From Novakomyces olei (taxonomy: Eukaryota), in assembly GCA_016906335.1 (NCBI GenBank), contig JADEYG010000003.1, forward strand, positions 1,364,001 through 1,428,000: 64,000 nt of DNA, given 5' to 3'. This document shows positions 21,601-34,452 of this stretch, one piece after another. The notes under the pieces were generated by a model. It worked only from the letters and a program-made list of their open reading frames with translations. It did no database searches and had not been told where the DNA came from. A program made the translations under genes and the position numbers. The number at the start of each line of letters is the position of its first letter. Positions within the stretch are counted from its first letter, which is position 1.

Positions 21601-23321
21601 CAATGCGTGGAAATTGGTACATGCTCCAGAGGGAGCTAATATAATTGGAAACCGGTGGGTTTTTCAAGCGAAAGCCAATAATCAAGGAGAAGTTGAACGA
21701 TATAGAGCAAGGCTGGTTGCAAAGGGATTTTCGCAACGCGAGGGTATTGATTATCAGGCAACTTACGCACCAACTATGGCCCTTGAATCACTACGCACAC
21801 TTCTTGCCTTTGCCGTTTCAAAGAAATGGCATATCCATCAAATGGACGTAACAACGGCGTTTCTAAATGGAGACCTGGAAGAATGTGTCTTTATGAGACA
21901 GCCCGAAGGCTTTGATGATGGAACCGGAAGAGTTTGCAAACTACTACGGTCACTTTATGGACTAAAGCAGGCCCCGAGATGCTGGTACAAAAAATTATTT
22001 ACAACATTATCAGCTTTAGGATTTTTGGAATCCACAACAGAAAACTGCATTTTACACAATGCAAAACGAAATTCGTTTTTGTTAATTTATGTTGACGATA
22101 TAATTATTATTGGTGAAGAAATGTACGAAATCGATAACACGAAAACAAAACTCGGGCAGGCTTTTAAAATTAAAGACCTTGGACAAATTCACCAATTCCT
22201 TGGTATGGAATTCAGTTATGACAGAAAAATCGGCAACATGAAAATTACCCAAAAAGCTGCCATTTCAAAGGCAGTAAAAGAAATTAACTGTCAAGATACA
22301 CCAAGAAAAAAGACGCCAATTAAAAATTACGTTGTGTTAAATGGAAAACCGATTGAGCAGACGGAATACCGAAAATGCGTTGGAATGCTACTATGGATAA
22401 GCAGATGCACAAGACCAGACATAGCATTTGCCGTATCCCACGCTGCAAGATTTCAAGAAAACCCAACTACCGAATGTCTGGAACTAATTAAACAAATTAC
22501 AACTTACTTAAGAGACACGAAGGAACTTGGAATCGAATACCAAAGCAACACTGTCCCTTGCACCCTTACGATTTACTGTGACGCCGATTACGCTAGCGAA
22601 GCATCTGACAGACACTCCACATCAGGAATGGCAATGTTTTTAGGAACATCGCTAATTCACTGGAGTTCCTCAAAACAAAAAATTATTGCATTATCAACAT
22701 GCGAAGCAGAATATGTCAGTGCGTGCTCTGCAATTGTAACGGGACTGGGAATAAAAAATCTGGTCAAAAAAATACTTAACCTGGACCACCCCCTAAGAGT
22801 GTGCTCGGACAATAACAGCGCAATTTACGTATCACACAAAGCGAGCCCTATGAGACGCTTAAAACACCTGGATGTGCGCTTCATGTTTTTACGGGACCTT
22901 ACTGAGAAGGGCAGAATTATTATGGACTATGTTTCCACAAAAGAACAAGTGGCGGATATGCTTACAAAGCCCTTGTGCAAAAAAATATTTAACTACCTAC
23001 AACAAAAGATACTTAAAGGCGAAACACGTGAAAGTGACGACAACAAGCTTGAGAGGGAGTATAGGAATATGTCAAGCTTGGACGTCACAGAAAAAGAACA
23101 GGAAGGCTGGCTACAGAAAAGAGGAGGAATGGCTGGAGTGGCTGGAGTGGCTGGAGTGGCTGGAGTGGCTGGAACTGAGTACAAAGAGGCTTGCGCTACC
23201 AAAGTGTAACTCGGTGGCTGGAACCAAAGAAACTATATAGTACAGCGTCAGTAGACTTAGAAAAGTAGCTAAAAGGAGATACAACACTATTCTCTACAAC
23301 AAGCCAAATTAAATTTCTACA
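18691..23321 (+). mobile_element. Copia-1 copy (probably recombinant)
   Basis: LTRs 18691-18970 and 23060-23321; PPT GAGAGGGAG; flanks GGCTG and GTCAT do not match; the two LTRs differ in repeat number (7 vs 5) and at the 3' end (TTCA vs TACA). Confidence 0.93.
18996..23209 (+). pseudogene. Copia-1 gag-pol with frameshifts
   Basis: Gag 18996-19868 has a ~10-bp deletion near 19831; PR/IN 19953-20714; IN-RT-RH 20684-23209 reads through the PPT into the 3' LTR. Confidence 0.88.
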
Positions 23322-23590
23322 GTCATAATGTTGTAGCATCACATCGCTAACGAAACATTTTTTCAATTTAGCAAAGCTTTCCTGCTGCTCTGTATAGGAA
23401 AGTATATCAAGCTTGTGCAGCAGCTGATTACTTAGAAAAAAAAATGAAGTTTACCCTGGTAATTGTGACTGTCATTGAGAAGACTATAAATAGATCTAGA
23501 TAGAACTATGTTGGCCAACGAAATTGAATACAACACGTTTCAAATTAACACGTTCGAAATTATAGATTCAACAGATTAAGAGTCTAAAAC

Positions 23591-26500
23591 ATGAGCAGCA
23601 CGGGAGTGGTTTTCAAACCTCATGGAAATGGAGATTTGCCGTTCCTGGTTATTCCAAGGTTGACTAACTTGATCGAGTATCCTCAGTGGAAATCGAAATT
23701 GGGCGGAATTCTTGAGACTTACGGACTGGCACACGTGATGCCAAATGCCTCAGTTGAAGGGAATTTTACCGACGATATCGGCTACAAATCTACGTCGGCT
23801 ATGCTTCTCCTTACTCTTAAGGAGATAATTTCGGTTCCAGTCCTTGACGATGTTTGTCAAAAGGCATTGACACCGAAATCACTGCTCTCCAGCATTGATG
23901 CCGTCTTCTTGGATAGAAGATACCGCTTAATCGTTCAAGTTACAGGCGAACTGTATGGACTGCATACACAAGGTTTGGGACAAATTGCGGAACTGAATAC
24001 ACGATTTAACAGTCTCATCCTGAGTTTACGCGAGTTGCGAAAGGACCTACATGCTGAAGAAGTTTGTCAAATATACCTAAATATGATAAAAGGTTGCGAG
24101 TCGCTCAAAAGTGAGATACGTATCTGGGAGCGTTCGAAGAATATTAATCTCAAAGAAGTACAAGAAATTGTACTTGAAGCAATGCTAGGAGATAATGGAG
24201 ATAACTTAAGCTCGGAAATGGCGTTGGCAGCCTCTCGTGTTGCGATATGCAAATATTGCAAGAAAAAGGGTCATACCGAAACTAACTGCAGATTCAAAAA
24301 TCGCAGCTGTTTTATTTGTGGTGAGAAAGGTCATTTCAGAGCGGACTGTGACAAAAATTTGAGAAGAACTGATAGTAATAAATTGTCTGAACATTACTAT
24401 CGTGTGGCATTTATAAAGTCTTCAGGTATTTCCAAAAGTATCAGCACAAAATGGATTCTTGACTGTGGAGCATCGCAGCACATGACGGACAATGAATTGG
24501 CCTTCACCAATCTAAAACGTTATAATAGTGATGAACATCATTTTGTACTTGCTGCGGGAAAAGAAAAATTAAGAGCATTGGGATACGGAAATATAAGTTT
24601 AAATTTGTCTGAGGATAACCAAGTTTTATTGAAAAATGTCTTGTGGGTACCATCGCTTGGTTTCAATTAAATCTCACTTGGCGCACTCGATAATGAGCAT
24701 ATATCGGTTTATTTCACAAAAGGCAAAGCTGTACTTTATGACACAACTGGAAGAAAGCTTGGAGACTTTGATAAAGAAAATAATTTGTATCCTGTTGATA
24801 CAAAAATTGTTGACTATGCCCCTAGAAAAAAGATGCTTGCACTATATGCTACAAAAAATGACAGACAAAATCTTTGGCATGAACGATTAATGCATTTAAA
24901 TGAGAGATATATGGTTGAACTCGCCAAAGGACTTGGTGCTGGGAAAATACAACACGAAGTTAATAGAAGCAACTTAAATGTTGGTTGTGAAAGTTGCATT
25001 GAAGGAAAAATGGCGCGCCAGCCATTCCCAGAAGGACGAATGAGAGCAACCGACAAATTTGAATTATTGCACAGTGATGTTTGTGGGCCGTTTCCAGTAT
25101 CAGCGCTTGGTCATCGTTATTTTGTCACTTTTATTGATGATAACAGTGGGTACACTTTTGTCAACACAATCAATAATAAATTCGAAGTGAATGATTGTTT
25201 TCAGAATTTGATCAAAATGATTTACACGCAATTTGGAATTAAGGTCAAAAGATTTCGGAGTGACAATGGAGGCGAGTATATTAATAAATCTTTCGAAAAG
25301 TTTACAAACGAAAATGGCATTGTTCATGAAAAATCCGCACCTTATACGCCGCAGCAAAATGGAGTTGCAGAAAGGGCGAATAGAACAATTCTTGACAGGG
25401 TCAGGTCTACAATGATTCAAAGGAAGACTCCACAAAAGCTATGGGATGAGGCGGTCAATGCCTGTGTGTATTTGAAAAATCGGAGCCCAAGCAGAATAAT
25501 TAATAAAACACCATATGAGATGATATTTGGAAAGCCTCCGTTATTAGATCATTTGAGAGTGTTTGGATGCATTGCATATGTCCTGAACAAACATAACGAT
25601 ATAAGAAAATTGGATGCTAGAAGTGAACCCCATATCTTTGTAGGGTATCAATCCAATGCTAAAGCTTATCGACTTTGGAATACGTCAAGGAACAAAATTG
25701 TTGTTTCAAGGGATGTAATATTTAAAGAAACAGAATTTTATGAAACTGTGGAAAATAAATCCATCAACAGCTCTGAAAATACAACATTTATTCCAGCACT
25801 TGGAAATGATATTTCTACTGTCAATAATTTGCAACAGTCAAATGTGTCTGAATTTCAGCAGGGTATACAAATTGAAAATAACGAGGAAAATAACGAGGAA
25901 AATAACGAGGAAAATGACGAGGAAAATGACGAGGAAAATGACGAGGAAAATGACGAGCAAATTGACGAGGAAATTGAAAATTATTCGGACGCATCGGAAC
26001 AAAGTTTTGAAGATACTCTAGAAAATATGAGTCCAAAAATTAATGACAATTCTGAATTATCCGAATTGCAAACGGAGGAGCTTGGAACTAAATGGACCGA
26101 CGAAGGTAAAAGACGCTCAACCCGAATACGTAGTTTGCCAGGACCATACGATCATGCGCATATTAGTATTGACAGTATAATTGAGCCTACAAATACGAAA
26201 CAAGCTAGAGAAAGCGTGCAAGCATCAGAATGGGAATTAGCGATGAAGACAGAATTGGACGCAATGAAAGAAAATGACGCTTGGGTACTAGTGAACGCGC
26301 CAGAGGGAGCTAATGTCATTGGAAATCGATGGGTCTTTAAAGCTAAAGCAAATGTTGATGGGGAAGTTGGACGTTACCGAGCACGATTGGTTGCAAAGGG
26401 ATTTGGTCAGCGTGAGGGAGTAGATTATCAAGCGACATACGCCCCGACCATGTCCTTAGAATCATTTCGCACTTTACTGGCTTATGGAGCAATGCAAAAA

Positions 26501-27724
26501 TGGAATATTCATCAGATGGATGTTACAACTGCATTCTTAAACGGCGAATTAGAAGAATGCGTTTATATGAAACAACCAGAAGGATTCGACGACGGAACAG
26601 GAAAAGTATGCAAATTGAAAAGATCGCTCTACGGTTTAAAACAGGCCCCTAGATGTTGGTACAAAAAGCTTTTTACAGTGTTAATGGAAATTGGATTTAT
26701 GGAATCGAAGGTCGAAGACTGTATACTATACAGCTCCCAAGGTAATTTATTTTTGCTTATTTATGTTGATGACATTATTATTATGGGCGAGAATTTAAAT
26801 GAAATGAAACGAACAAAGGAAAAATTACAAAGAGCATTTAAGGTCAAAGATTTGGGTGAGATTCATCAATTTCTTGGGATGGAATTTTGTTATGATCAGA
26901 AAATTGGAAATTTGAAAATAAGTCAGAAGGCAGCAATTACAAAAATAATTAAAGAATTCGATTGCTACGACTTGCCTAAAAAACGAATTCCCATAAGGAA
27001 TTACGTGGAATTGAATGGGAAACCTATAAACAATGAAAAGTACCGCAAATGGATTGGCATGCTACTTTGGATAAGCAGATGCACTCGGCCAGATATATCC
27101 TTCGCTGTATCCCACGCAGCAAGATATCAAGAAAAGCCTACAGATGAATGTCTCGAACTGGTTCAATGTATCACGGCTTATTTAAGGGATACAAAAGACA
27201 AGGGACTGGAATATCAAAGCAATTCGGTTGAACCAGTCATGAAAGTTTATTGCGATGCCGACTACGCAAGTGATAGAGACGAAAGGAAATCCACTTCGGG
27301 AATGGCATTGTTTCTGGGTAATTCATTAATTCATTGGATGTCAACAAAACAAAAAGTTGTTGCGTTATCGACATGCGAGGCTGAATATATAAGTGCTTGT
27401 ACGGCGATTGTGCATACATTAGGTCTCTACAACCTGGCCAAGGAGCTTTTAAAAATTGAGTCTCCAATTCGTGTTTGCTCCGACAACAAAAGCGCAATTT
27501 GTATTGCGCATAAAACAAGCCCAATGAGACGACTAAAGCACCTTGATGTACGATATATGTTTTTGCGCAATTTAACGGAAAACGGCACAGTAATTGTTGA
27601 TTATATATCTACAAAAGAACAGCTTGCGGATATTTTAACAAAGCCTTTGTGTAAAAAGATTTTTATACATTTGCGACAAAAACTGGTGAAAGGGGACTCA
27701 AGAATTGAATCATTACAAGCTTGA
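23591..27724 (+). pseudogene. Copia-2 single gag-pol ORF with one premature stop
   Basis: 23591-24670 and 24785-27724 are in the same frame; TAA at 24668-24670 sits where Copia-1 has TTA (GYNLISLG vs GFN*ISLG). Confidence 0.9.
25874..25975 (+). repeat. 12-bp coding tandem repeat (NEEN/DEEN) in the IN-RT linker
   Basis: About 8 units of (A/G)ACGAGGAAAAT. Confidence 0.9.
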
Positions 27725-29750
27725 GAGGGAGTATAGGAAAGTATATCAAGCTTGTGCAGCAGCTGATTACTTAGAAAAAAAAATGAAGTTTACCCTGGTA
27801 ATTGTGACTGTCATTGAGAAGACTATAAATAGATCTAGATAGAACTATGTTGGCCAACGAAATTGAATACAACACGTTTCAAATTAACACGTTCGAAATT
27901 ATAGATTCAACACTCTGTCTCCCATACAAACTTTTCCTTCTTCTTTAGCGTTCGTGTTATCGGCAACGCTATCTTTGCAAAATCTTTGATAAATCTCCTG
28001 TAGTAGTTGCAAAAACCAAGGAAGACTTGAACATCGTGAACAGATTTTGGTGGCTCCCATTGCAAAATAGGTTCCCTTTTATCTGCGCACATCGACACTC
28101 CATTCGTCGATAAATTGTAACCAAGAAATTCGACGCTTTCTCTATGAAATGCGCATTTCTTGTCCTTCGCATAAAGATCATTCTCTCTCAATCTTCTTAA
28201 TACTTCTTTCACATCGTTCACATGCGATTCTCTATCGCGTGAAAATACCAAAATATCGTCCAGGTAGATTAACACTTTGTAATCTAATAAATCTCGAAAC
28301 ACATCATTCATCAAGTTTTGGAACGTGGCGGGTGCATTGGTAAGACCAAAAGGCATGACCAAATATTCGAAGTGCCCGTACCTTGTTCGAAAGGCAGTCT
28401 TCCATTCATCCCCTTCTTTTATCCTGATAAGATTGTATGCTCCTCTGAGATCGATTTTTAACATAATCTTAACTCCAGTAAGTTTGTCAATAAGGTCATC
28501 GATACGTGGGATTGGGTACTTGTTCTTGATAGTAATCGAATTCAATCCACGATAATCGACACACAATCGATCCTCCATTTTTCTTTGGTACAAATAGAAC
28601 TGGCGCTCCTGCAGGCGACTTCGAACGACGTATAAATCCCTTAGCCAAGTTCTCTTCCAAATAATCCAATAAATACTTCTGTTCCTTTGGGTCGACACTG
28701 TAGACTGGCCCGAAAGGTATGACAGAATCCTTTGTTAGTTCGATCTCGTGATCGTAACTTCTGTGTGGAGGCAATGTTTCCACATTCTTTTCTTCAAACA
28801 CATCTTTGAAGTCAGTATACTCTGGTGGTATTGTATTTGTAACCATCTCTTCATCCGCGGTAATACTGCTCAACTGTCATGATCCCCGCCTCGCGTGAAC
28901 CACGACAGCGAACGACGCCTGAAGTCCTGTAGCGCCAAAGGCGATGACTTCAGGCTAGATAGATCTAAATAGCTCGCGCGAGGTAATGTTGGACATTACT
29001 CGCGCGAAGCGCGTAAGTGGCCTAGCTCGCGAGCAGGTTGGACCTGGCTCGCGCGAAGCAGGTCCACGTCCATGCCCGCGCGACGTAGGCACGTCGCGGC
29101 GCATGACAGTAGTAGTAGCGATCGCGCATCGCTACGAAGCTAGATAGATCGATCCATAGAGTTCATAGCTCGCCACCGCTTTCCCAATGCGGATGGTCTG
29201 GGACCATCGCATTGAGATCGTGGTGGGATGAGGCTTAGGCCGCGAAGTGGCTAAGCGAGCCGCTAAGCCTCATAGGATAGTCTACATAGTCGCCCATGGA
29301 GAGAACTCTCTCCACGGGCTTATAATCTCAAAGTTGCTACATAACCTTGTAGCAGGTAAGCTTTAGAGAAGCGCCGTCGCCTTTTCAAGGACAACGTCCT
29401 TTTCCTTTTCCTTAGTTCTTGCGCCGGGCGCAAGTCTACGTTCCCGTTTCTCGGTACTCGCTTCGCGCGGTACCCGATTGAACTTCCTTTGTCGAGCGGT
29501 CTCGCAAAGGACAGTCCGTGTTCGCCTGTAGCGACACGCGAGTTTACACCGCGGTGCTCCCCTCTAAGGGCCACCTTACACTATTATAAGCCCGTGAGCT
29601 CGTCTAAGCTACAGATTTACACGGCGTTGAAAGGTGTCACGCACGGAGGCGTACACAAATTTCGATTTACAAGTTTTATTTCGCACTAAGTTGTTGCGAC
29701 GAAGGGTGCTTTGCTACGGTTTAGCAGCACAAACGAATTATTGAATTACG

Positions 29751-30698
29751 ATGAGTCAAGAGGACTTGAACGCGTTTCTGCAGACGCTGCAGGCGCAGAT
29801 CGCGTCGCTCCAAGAGGAGCGCGTTAAGGACAAATCGGTTATTGAAGGCCTTCGCCAGGAAATGGGATCCCGGGGATCTCGACGATCAGGAGTCAGCGAA
29901 GGGCCAAGCATTTCGAAGCCGGATACATTCAGAGGTGATCGCAGATCGGTGGATACTTTCCTTGCACAGGTTCGCTTATACGTGAGACTCAAGCCACATG
30001 AGTTTCGCAACGACGAAGCGAAGGTCCTGTTTGCGGTATCTTATCTGCGCGGTGCCGCTTTTGCGTGGTTTGAACCCCACTTGCGCGACCACGATGAAAG
30101 CCTAATTACCAGTGACTTTGCCCTGTTTTGCGACGAGCTCTCCACGACATTTGGGAGCGTCGACCGCATTAGTCAGGCTGAGCGGGAGCTAGCATTGCTC
30201 AAACAGCGAGGATCTGTTGCTGAGTATACTTCGCGTTTTCAGCAGATCACTTCGCACTTGGATTTTAGCGATCACAGTTTACGCTACGAATATTATCAAG
30301 GATTGAAAGATCGAATTAAGGACGAATTATCTCGGTTGGAAAAATCGCGTACATTGTCAGACTTAATTGAGAAGTCTGTACGCGTGGACGAAAGGTTGTC
30401 GGATCGTTACTACGAAAGCGCTAGCCGTACGAACGCCAAGGGCGCTTCAGGCTATAGGGGCGCGACGATCGCGAACAAAGGATACACTCCCATGGAGGTA
30501 GATGCTACCAGTTACGAAAAGAAGAGCATTACCAGCGACGAACGCCAGCGTCGAAAGAAAGAGAACAGATGTTTTACGTGCGGACGCGAAGGTCATCGCG
30601 CACGTGATTGCAAACAGAAGCAACGCAATTATGAGCAACGCATCTCGGTGGTTATGGACAGTATCACGGAACCGGGAAAAGCGAGAGCCCAGGTCTAA
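29751..30698 (+). CDS. gag: GyB1 Gag
   Basis: FAVSYLRGAAFAW, TPMEVD, CFTCGREGHRARDC. Confidence 0.94.
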   Translation: MSQEDLNAFLQTLQAQIASLQEERVKDKSVIEGLRQEMGSRGSRRSGVSEGPSISKPDTFRGDRRSVDTFLAQVRLYVRLKPHEFRNDEAKVLFAVSYLRGAAFAWFEPHLRDHDESLITSDFALFCDELSTTFGSVDRISQAERELALLKQRGSVAEYTSRFQQITSHLDFSDHSLRYEYYQGLKDRIKDELSRLEKSRTLSDLIEKSVRVDERLSDRYYESASRTNAKGASGYRGATIANKGYTPMEVDATSYEKKSITSDERQRRKKENRCFTCGREGHRARDCKQKQRNYEQRISVVMDSITEPGKARAQV

Positions 30699-33600
30699 AA
30701 GAAAGGCCTGATCTGGGCGTTAATGACACGAGGCTTTCGGAGGTGATGTCAGTGGTACCCGAACCTGACAGAGGAATACATCTCACAGTTACTGCAAATT
30801 TGAGAACTAGCAAGGGCCAGCTGGACGCGAAGGCGCTGATCGACTCAGGCGCGACGTCGAATTTTATCAGCCAGAGCCTTGCTACGAGAAGCATAATCGA
30901 TATAACGAAGAAGGCGAAGATTGAGCCACTACGAGTTGTGGATGGAAGAGCGATTCGCACCGGAGGTGTTCGCTTCCAGACTGAAAACATGGAGGTCACC
31001 ATAGGCGAACATCGCGAGACTATGATGTTTAACGTGATACCGCTCTCTGGACACGACGTTATTTTAGGAAAGCCATGGCTCGACAAACATGAGCCAAGGA
31101 TTGCATGGAGACGTGCAAAAGTCGAATTCGAGTCTTCCTATTGCTTAGCAAACTGCCTCAAGAAGCCCGAGGCACAAGACGAACCATCGCAAATCAGTGC
31201 GACGGAATTTGCTAAGCTATCGCGAGGCAACGACTCGGGATTGCTGTGCGTATACGCGACCGACGCTAAAAGCGAGGACAAAAACGTCGCTATACCTCCC
31301 GAGTATGCAGACTTTCGCGATCTTTTTGAGAAAAGAAATGCAGACATTCTACCACAGCATCAGGCGTGGGATCACGCAATACCGTTGACAGAAGGCGCGA
31401 AGCCGCCGTTCGGGCCTATATATCCTCTGGCCGAACGCGAGCTACAAACACTACGCGACTACATTAAAGACAATCTAGCGAAGGGATTCATTAGGCCGTC
31501 TTCATCGCCCGCGGGGGCTCCAATTCTTTTTGTGAAAAAGAAGGACGGTTCGCTGAGACTGTGCGTAGATTATCGCGGGCTAAACGCGGTAACTGTCAAA
31601 AATCGCTATGCGCTGCCGCTCATATCGGAGCTATTGGATCGCATTCGTCAGTCGACGATATTTACGCGATTAGATCTCCGTGGCGCGTATAATCTTGTCC
31701 GTATACGCGAAGGCGACGAGTGGAAAACCGCCTTCCGTACGCGTTATGGACATTACGAATATCAGGTTATGCCTTTCGGGCTCACGAACGCCCCGGCATC
31801 TTTCCAAGCTCTTGCGAACGACACATTACGCGATTGTCTGGATCGCTTTGCTGTTGTATACTTGGACGACATCTTGATCTATTCGGACACCGAGGAGGAG
31901 CATGTGACGCATGTTCGCGAAGTACTGAAACGACTTCGCAAAGCAAACTTATTTGTGAAACTAGAGAAATGCGAGTTCCACACAGACACGACAGAGTTCC
32001 TAGGCTTTGTTGTCTCTACGAAAGGAGTGTCTATGGAGAAAGCGAAAGTTGATTCTATTGAGACATGGCCTGAACCCAAGAACGCGAAAGACGTTATGTC
32101 GTTCTTAGGCCTATCAAATTACTATCGCAGATTTATTGCAAACTACAGCAAAATTACCATCCCTCTCACCCGCTTACTGAAGAAGGATGCGCAGTTTAAT
32201 TTCTCCAAGGAGTGCATTGACTCTTTCCAAACTCTGAAGAACGCTTTTCTGGGTGCGCCGATCCTTGCGCATTTCGACCCGCAGAAGCCAAGTTATTTGG
32301 AAACCGACGCATCGGACTTCGCGATCGGTGGGATTCTCTCGCAGAAAGACAACAGCGACGAAATGAGACCCATCGCGTTCTACTCGCGAAAAATGACTAG
32401 CGCGGAAGTAAACTATGATATCTACGACAAAGAGCTGTTAGCTATTGTCGCATGTCTTCGCGAATGGCGAGTTTACCTGGAGAGTCCGTTACATCGCACT
32501 ACAATTTATACGGATCACCGCAATCTCATGTACTTTCTTACAGCAAGAGTACTTAGCCGTAGACAGATGCGATGGTCGCAATTGATCGCTTCCTATGATT
32601 TCGTTATTGAATACCGTGCTGGAAAGCTAAATCACAAAGCGGATGCCTTGTCTAGGCGAAGCGATTATGTCGGCGATAAGGAACAGGAGAAACCAGAGCG
32701 AACTATGGCACTATTGGACAGATCGCACTTCCTGTTCGCGACCGTAGAAGATACAGGCATTGATGATCAGATTAAACAATGTTACGGCAAAGACAAGACT
32801 TGCAAGGTTGTCATGGAGGACCTCGGCAAGCAGCCAGTGTCGGAACATCTGCGAAACTACAGTATAAACGAAAAGGGTCTTCTAACGTTTTCGGGTTTGC
32901 TATACATCCCAAACGACAATCGTTTGCGATTAGCTATACTACAGACATGCCATGATTCGCATGTCGCGGGTCACCCTGGCCAGGCCAAAACGTTGGACTT
33001 AGTCATGCGAAACTACTATTGGCCACGCATGCGAAAAGAGATATTTAGCTACGTCGAGTCGTGCGATACTTGTGCGCGAAACAAGCCTTCGCGACATGCA
33101 CCGTATGGACTACTACACCCACTGAGAGTACCAGCGAGACCCTGGGAAAGTATCTCAATGGACTTCATTGTGAAATTACCGGAGTCGCGCGATGCGATTA
33201 CACAAAAAACCTACGACTCCATATGGGTAATCACCTGTCGATTTACGAAAATCGGAATATTTATACCAATACGCGAATCTATTAAGGCTACTGAGCTAGC
33301 TTTGATTTACGCCCATCGCGTATTTGCCAACTATGGCCTACCAGACGAAATAGTCTCTGACAGGGGTTCGGTATTTGTATCGCAGTTTACACGACACTTG
33401 CTTTCGCAATGCGATATACAGCAGAAGTTGTCTACCGCGTACCACCCACAGAGCGACGGCCAAACAGAGAGGCTTAACCAGATCTTAGAGCAATATCTGA
33501 GGATCTACAGCAACTATCAGCAAAGCAATTGGGTCAATTTGTTACCTTTTGCTCAATTCGCGTACAACAATTCAGAGCAGTCGTCTACAAAGACAACACC

Positions 33601-34225
33601 GTTTTACGCTTTTTACGGCTACAACCCGAAATGTCGCTTTACGATTTCATCTTCGCGACAATGCCCATCCGCGGATGAACGTATCGAATACCTACGGAAT
33701 CTACATCGCTTATTGAAAGTCGAAATCGAAAAGTCTCTCAGCGACCAGGCGCGCTTTGCAAATGAGCATCGCGTCGACAAAAGTTTTGCTATTGGCGATC
33801 AAGTCTGGCTAGTGCGAAAAAATATTAGCACTACGCGGCCATGCGATAAGCTGGATGCCAAGAAGCTGGGACCGTTTAGGATTATCGCACGCGTTGGTTT
33901 GCGTGCATATCGCTTGGAACTATCGAAGGCAATGCGTATACATCCTGTCTTCCACGCTTCATTGCTAGAGCGACATAACGCAGTGTCGCAGATCGCGCGA
34001 GAACAGATCGCGCCACCACCTCCAGTTATATTGGATGCTAACCCGGAATGGGAAGTCGAGCAAGTTCTAGACTCGCGCATCCGACGCAAGCAACTTCAAT
34101 ATTATGTGCATTGGAAAGGCTACGACGCCTCCGACCGCACGTGGGAGCCTGCGAAACATTTACACAACTGCATGGATTTGGTAAACGAATTCCACCGTGC
34201 ACACCCGAACAAACCTGGTTCTTAA
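30674..34225 (+). CDS. pol: GyB1 Pol (PR-RT-RNaseH-IN-chromodomain), -1 frame to gag
   Basis: Uninterrupted ORF of more than 1160 aa: LIDSGA, YLDD, TDASD, HHCC, SDRG, QTERLN, WEVEQV...YYVHWKGY...TWEP. Slippery G GGA AAA at 30674-30680 followed by stem GCCCAGGTC/GATCTGGGC. Confidence 0.94.
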   Translation, partial: GKSESPGLKERPDLGVNDTRLSEVMSVVPEPDRGIHLTVTANLRTSKGQLDAKALIDSGATSNFISQSLATRSIIDITKKAKIEPLRVVDGRAIRTGGVRFQTENMEVTIGEHRETMMFNVIPLSGHDVILGKPWLDKHEPRIAWRRAKVEFESSYCLANCLKKPEAQDEPSQISATEFAKLSRGNDSGLLCVYATDAKSEDKNVAIPPEYADFRDLFEKRNADILPQHQAWDHAIPLTEGAKPPFGPIYPLAERELQTLRDYIKDNLAKGFIRPSSSPAGAPILFVKKKDGSLRLCVDYRGLNAVTVKNRYALPLISELLDRIRQSTIFTRLDLRGAYNLVRIREGDEWKTAFRTRYGHYEYQVMPFGLTNAPASFQALANDTLRDCLDRFAVVYLDDILIYSDTEEEHVTHVREVLKRLRKANLFVKLEKCEFHTDTTEFLGFVVSTKGVSMEKAKVDSIETWPEPKNAKDVMSFLGLSNYYRRFIANYSKITIPLTRLLKKDAQFNFSKECIDSFQTLKNAFLGAPILAHFDPQKPSYLETDASDFAIGGILSQKDNSDEMRPIAFYSRKMTSAEVNYDIYDKELLAIVACLREWRVYLESPLHRTTIYTDHRNLMYFLTARVLSRRQMRWSQLIASYDFVIEYRAGKLNHKADALSRRSDYVGDKEQEKPERTMALLDRSHFLFATVEDTGIDDQIKQCYGKDKTCKVVMEDLGKQPVSEHLRNYSINEKGLLTFSGLLYIPNDNRLRLAILQTCHDSHVAGHPGQAKTLDLVMRNYYWPRMRKEIFSYVESCDTCARNKPSRHAPYGLLHPLRVPARPWESISMDFIVKLPESRDAITQKTYDSIWVITCRFTKIGIFIPIRESIKATELALIYAHRVFANYGLPDEIVSDRGSVFVSQFTRHLLSQCDIQQKLSTAYHPQSDGQTERLNQILEQYLRIYSNYQQSNWVNLLPFAQFAYNNSEQSSTKTTPFYAFYGYNPKCRFTISSSRQCPSADERIEYLRNLHRLLKVEIEKSLSDQARFANEHRVDKSFAIGDQVWLVRKNISTTRPCDKLDAKKLGPFRIIARVGLRAYRLELSKAMRIHPVFHASLLERHNAVSQIAREQIAPPPPVILDANPEWEVEQVLDSRIRRKQLQYYVHWKGYDASDRTWEPAKHLHNCMDLVNEFHRAHPNKPGS

Positions 34226-34452
34226 ATGGGAATGCTAAGCGAGCTCCCTATTCGGGCGACGACCTTCAACTTTCGTCACCCACGCGAAACTAAGACTCAA
34301 CTCTTAAAGTGATTTATTGATTTATTGATTATACCGCGATTATTATTGTTTAAATTATTACGAGAAAATTATACAAAAACATATTCAATTACTTGTCGAA
34401 CAAATAATATGGGACAACGCAAGGAGGAATGGCTGTTGAGTCACGCACACAA

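Larger units (their letters stand above)
23393..27912 (+). mobile_element. Copia-2 full-length element
   Basis: 181-bp LTRs 23393-23573 and 27732-27912 (TATAGG...CAACA); TSD CTCTG at 23388-23392 and 27913-27917; PBS GATTAAGAGTCT; PPT GAGAGGGAG. Confidence 0.97.
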
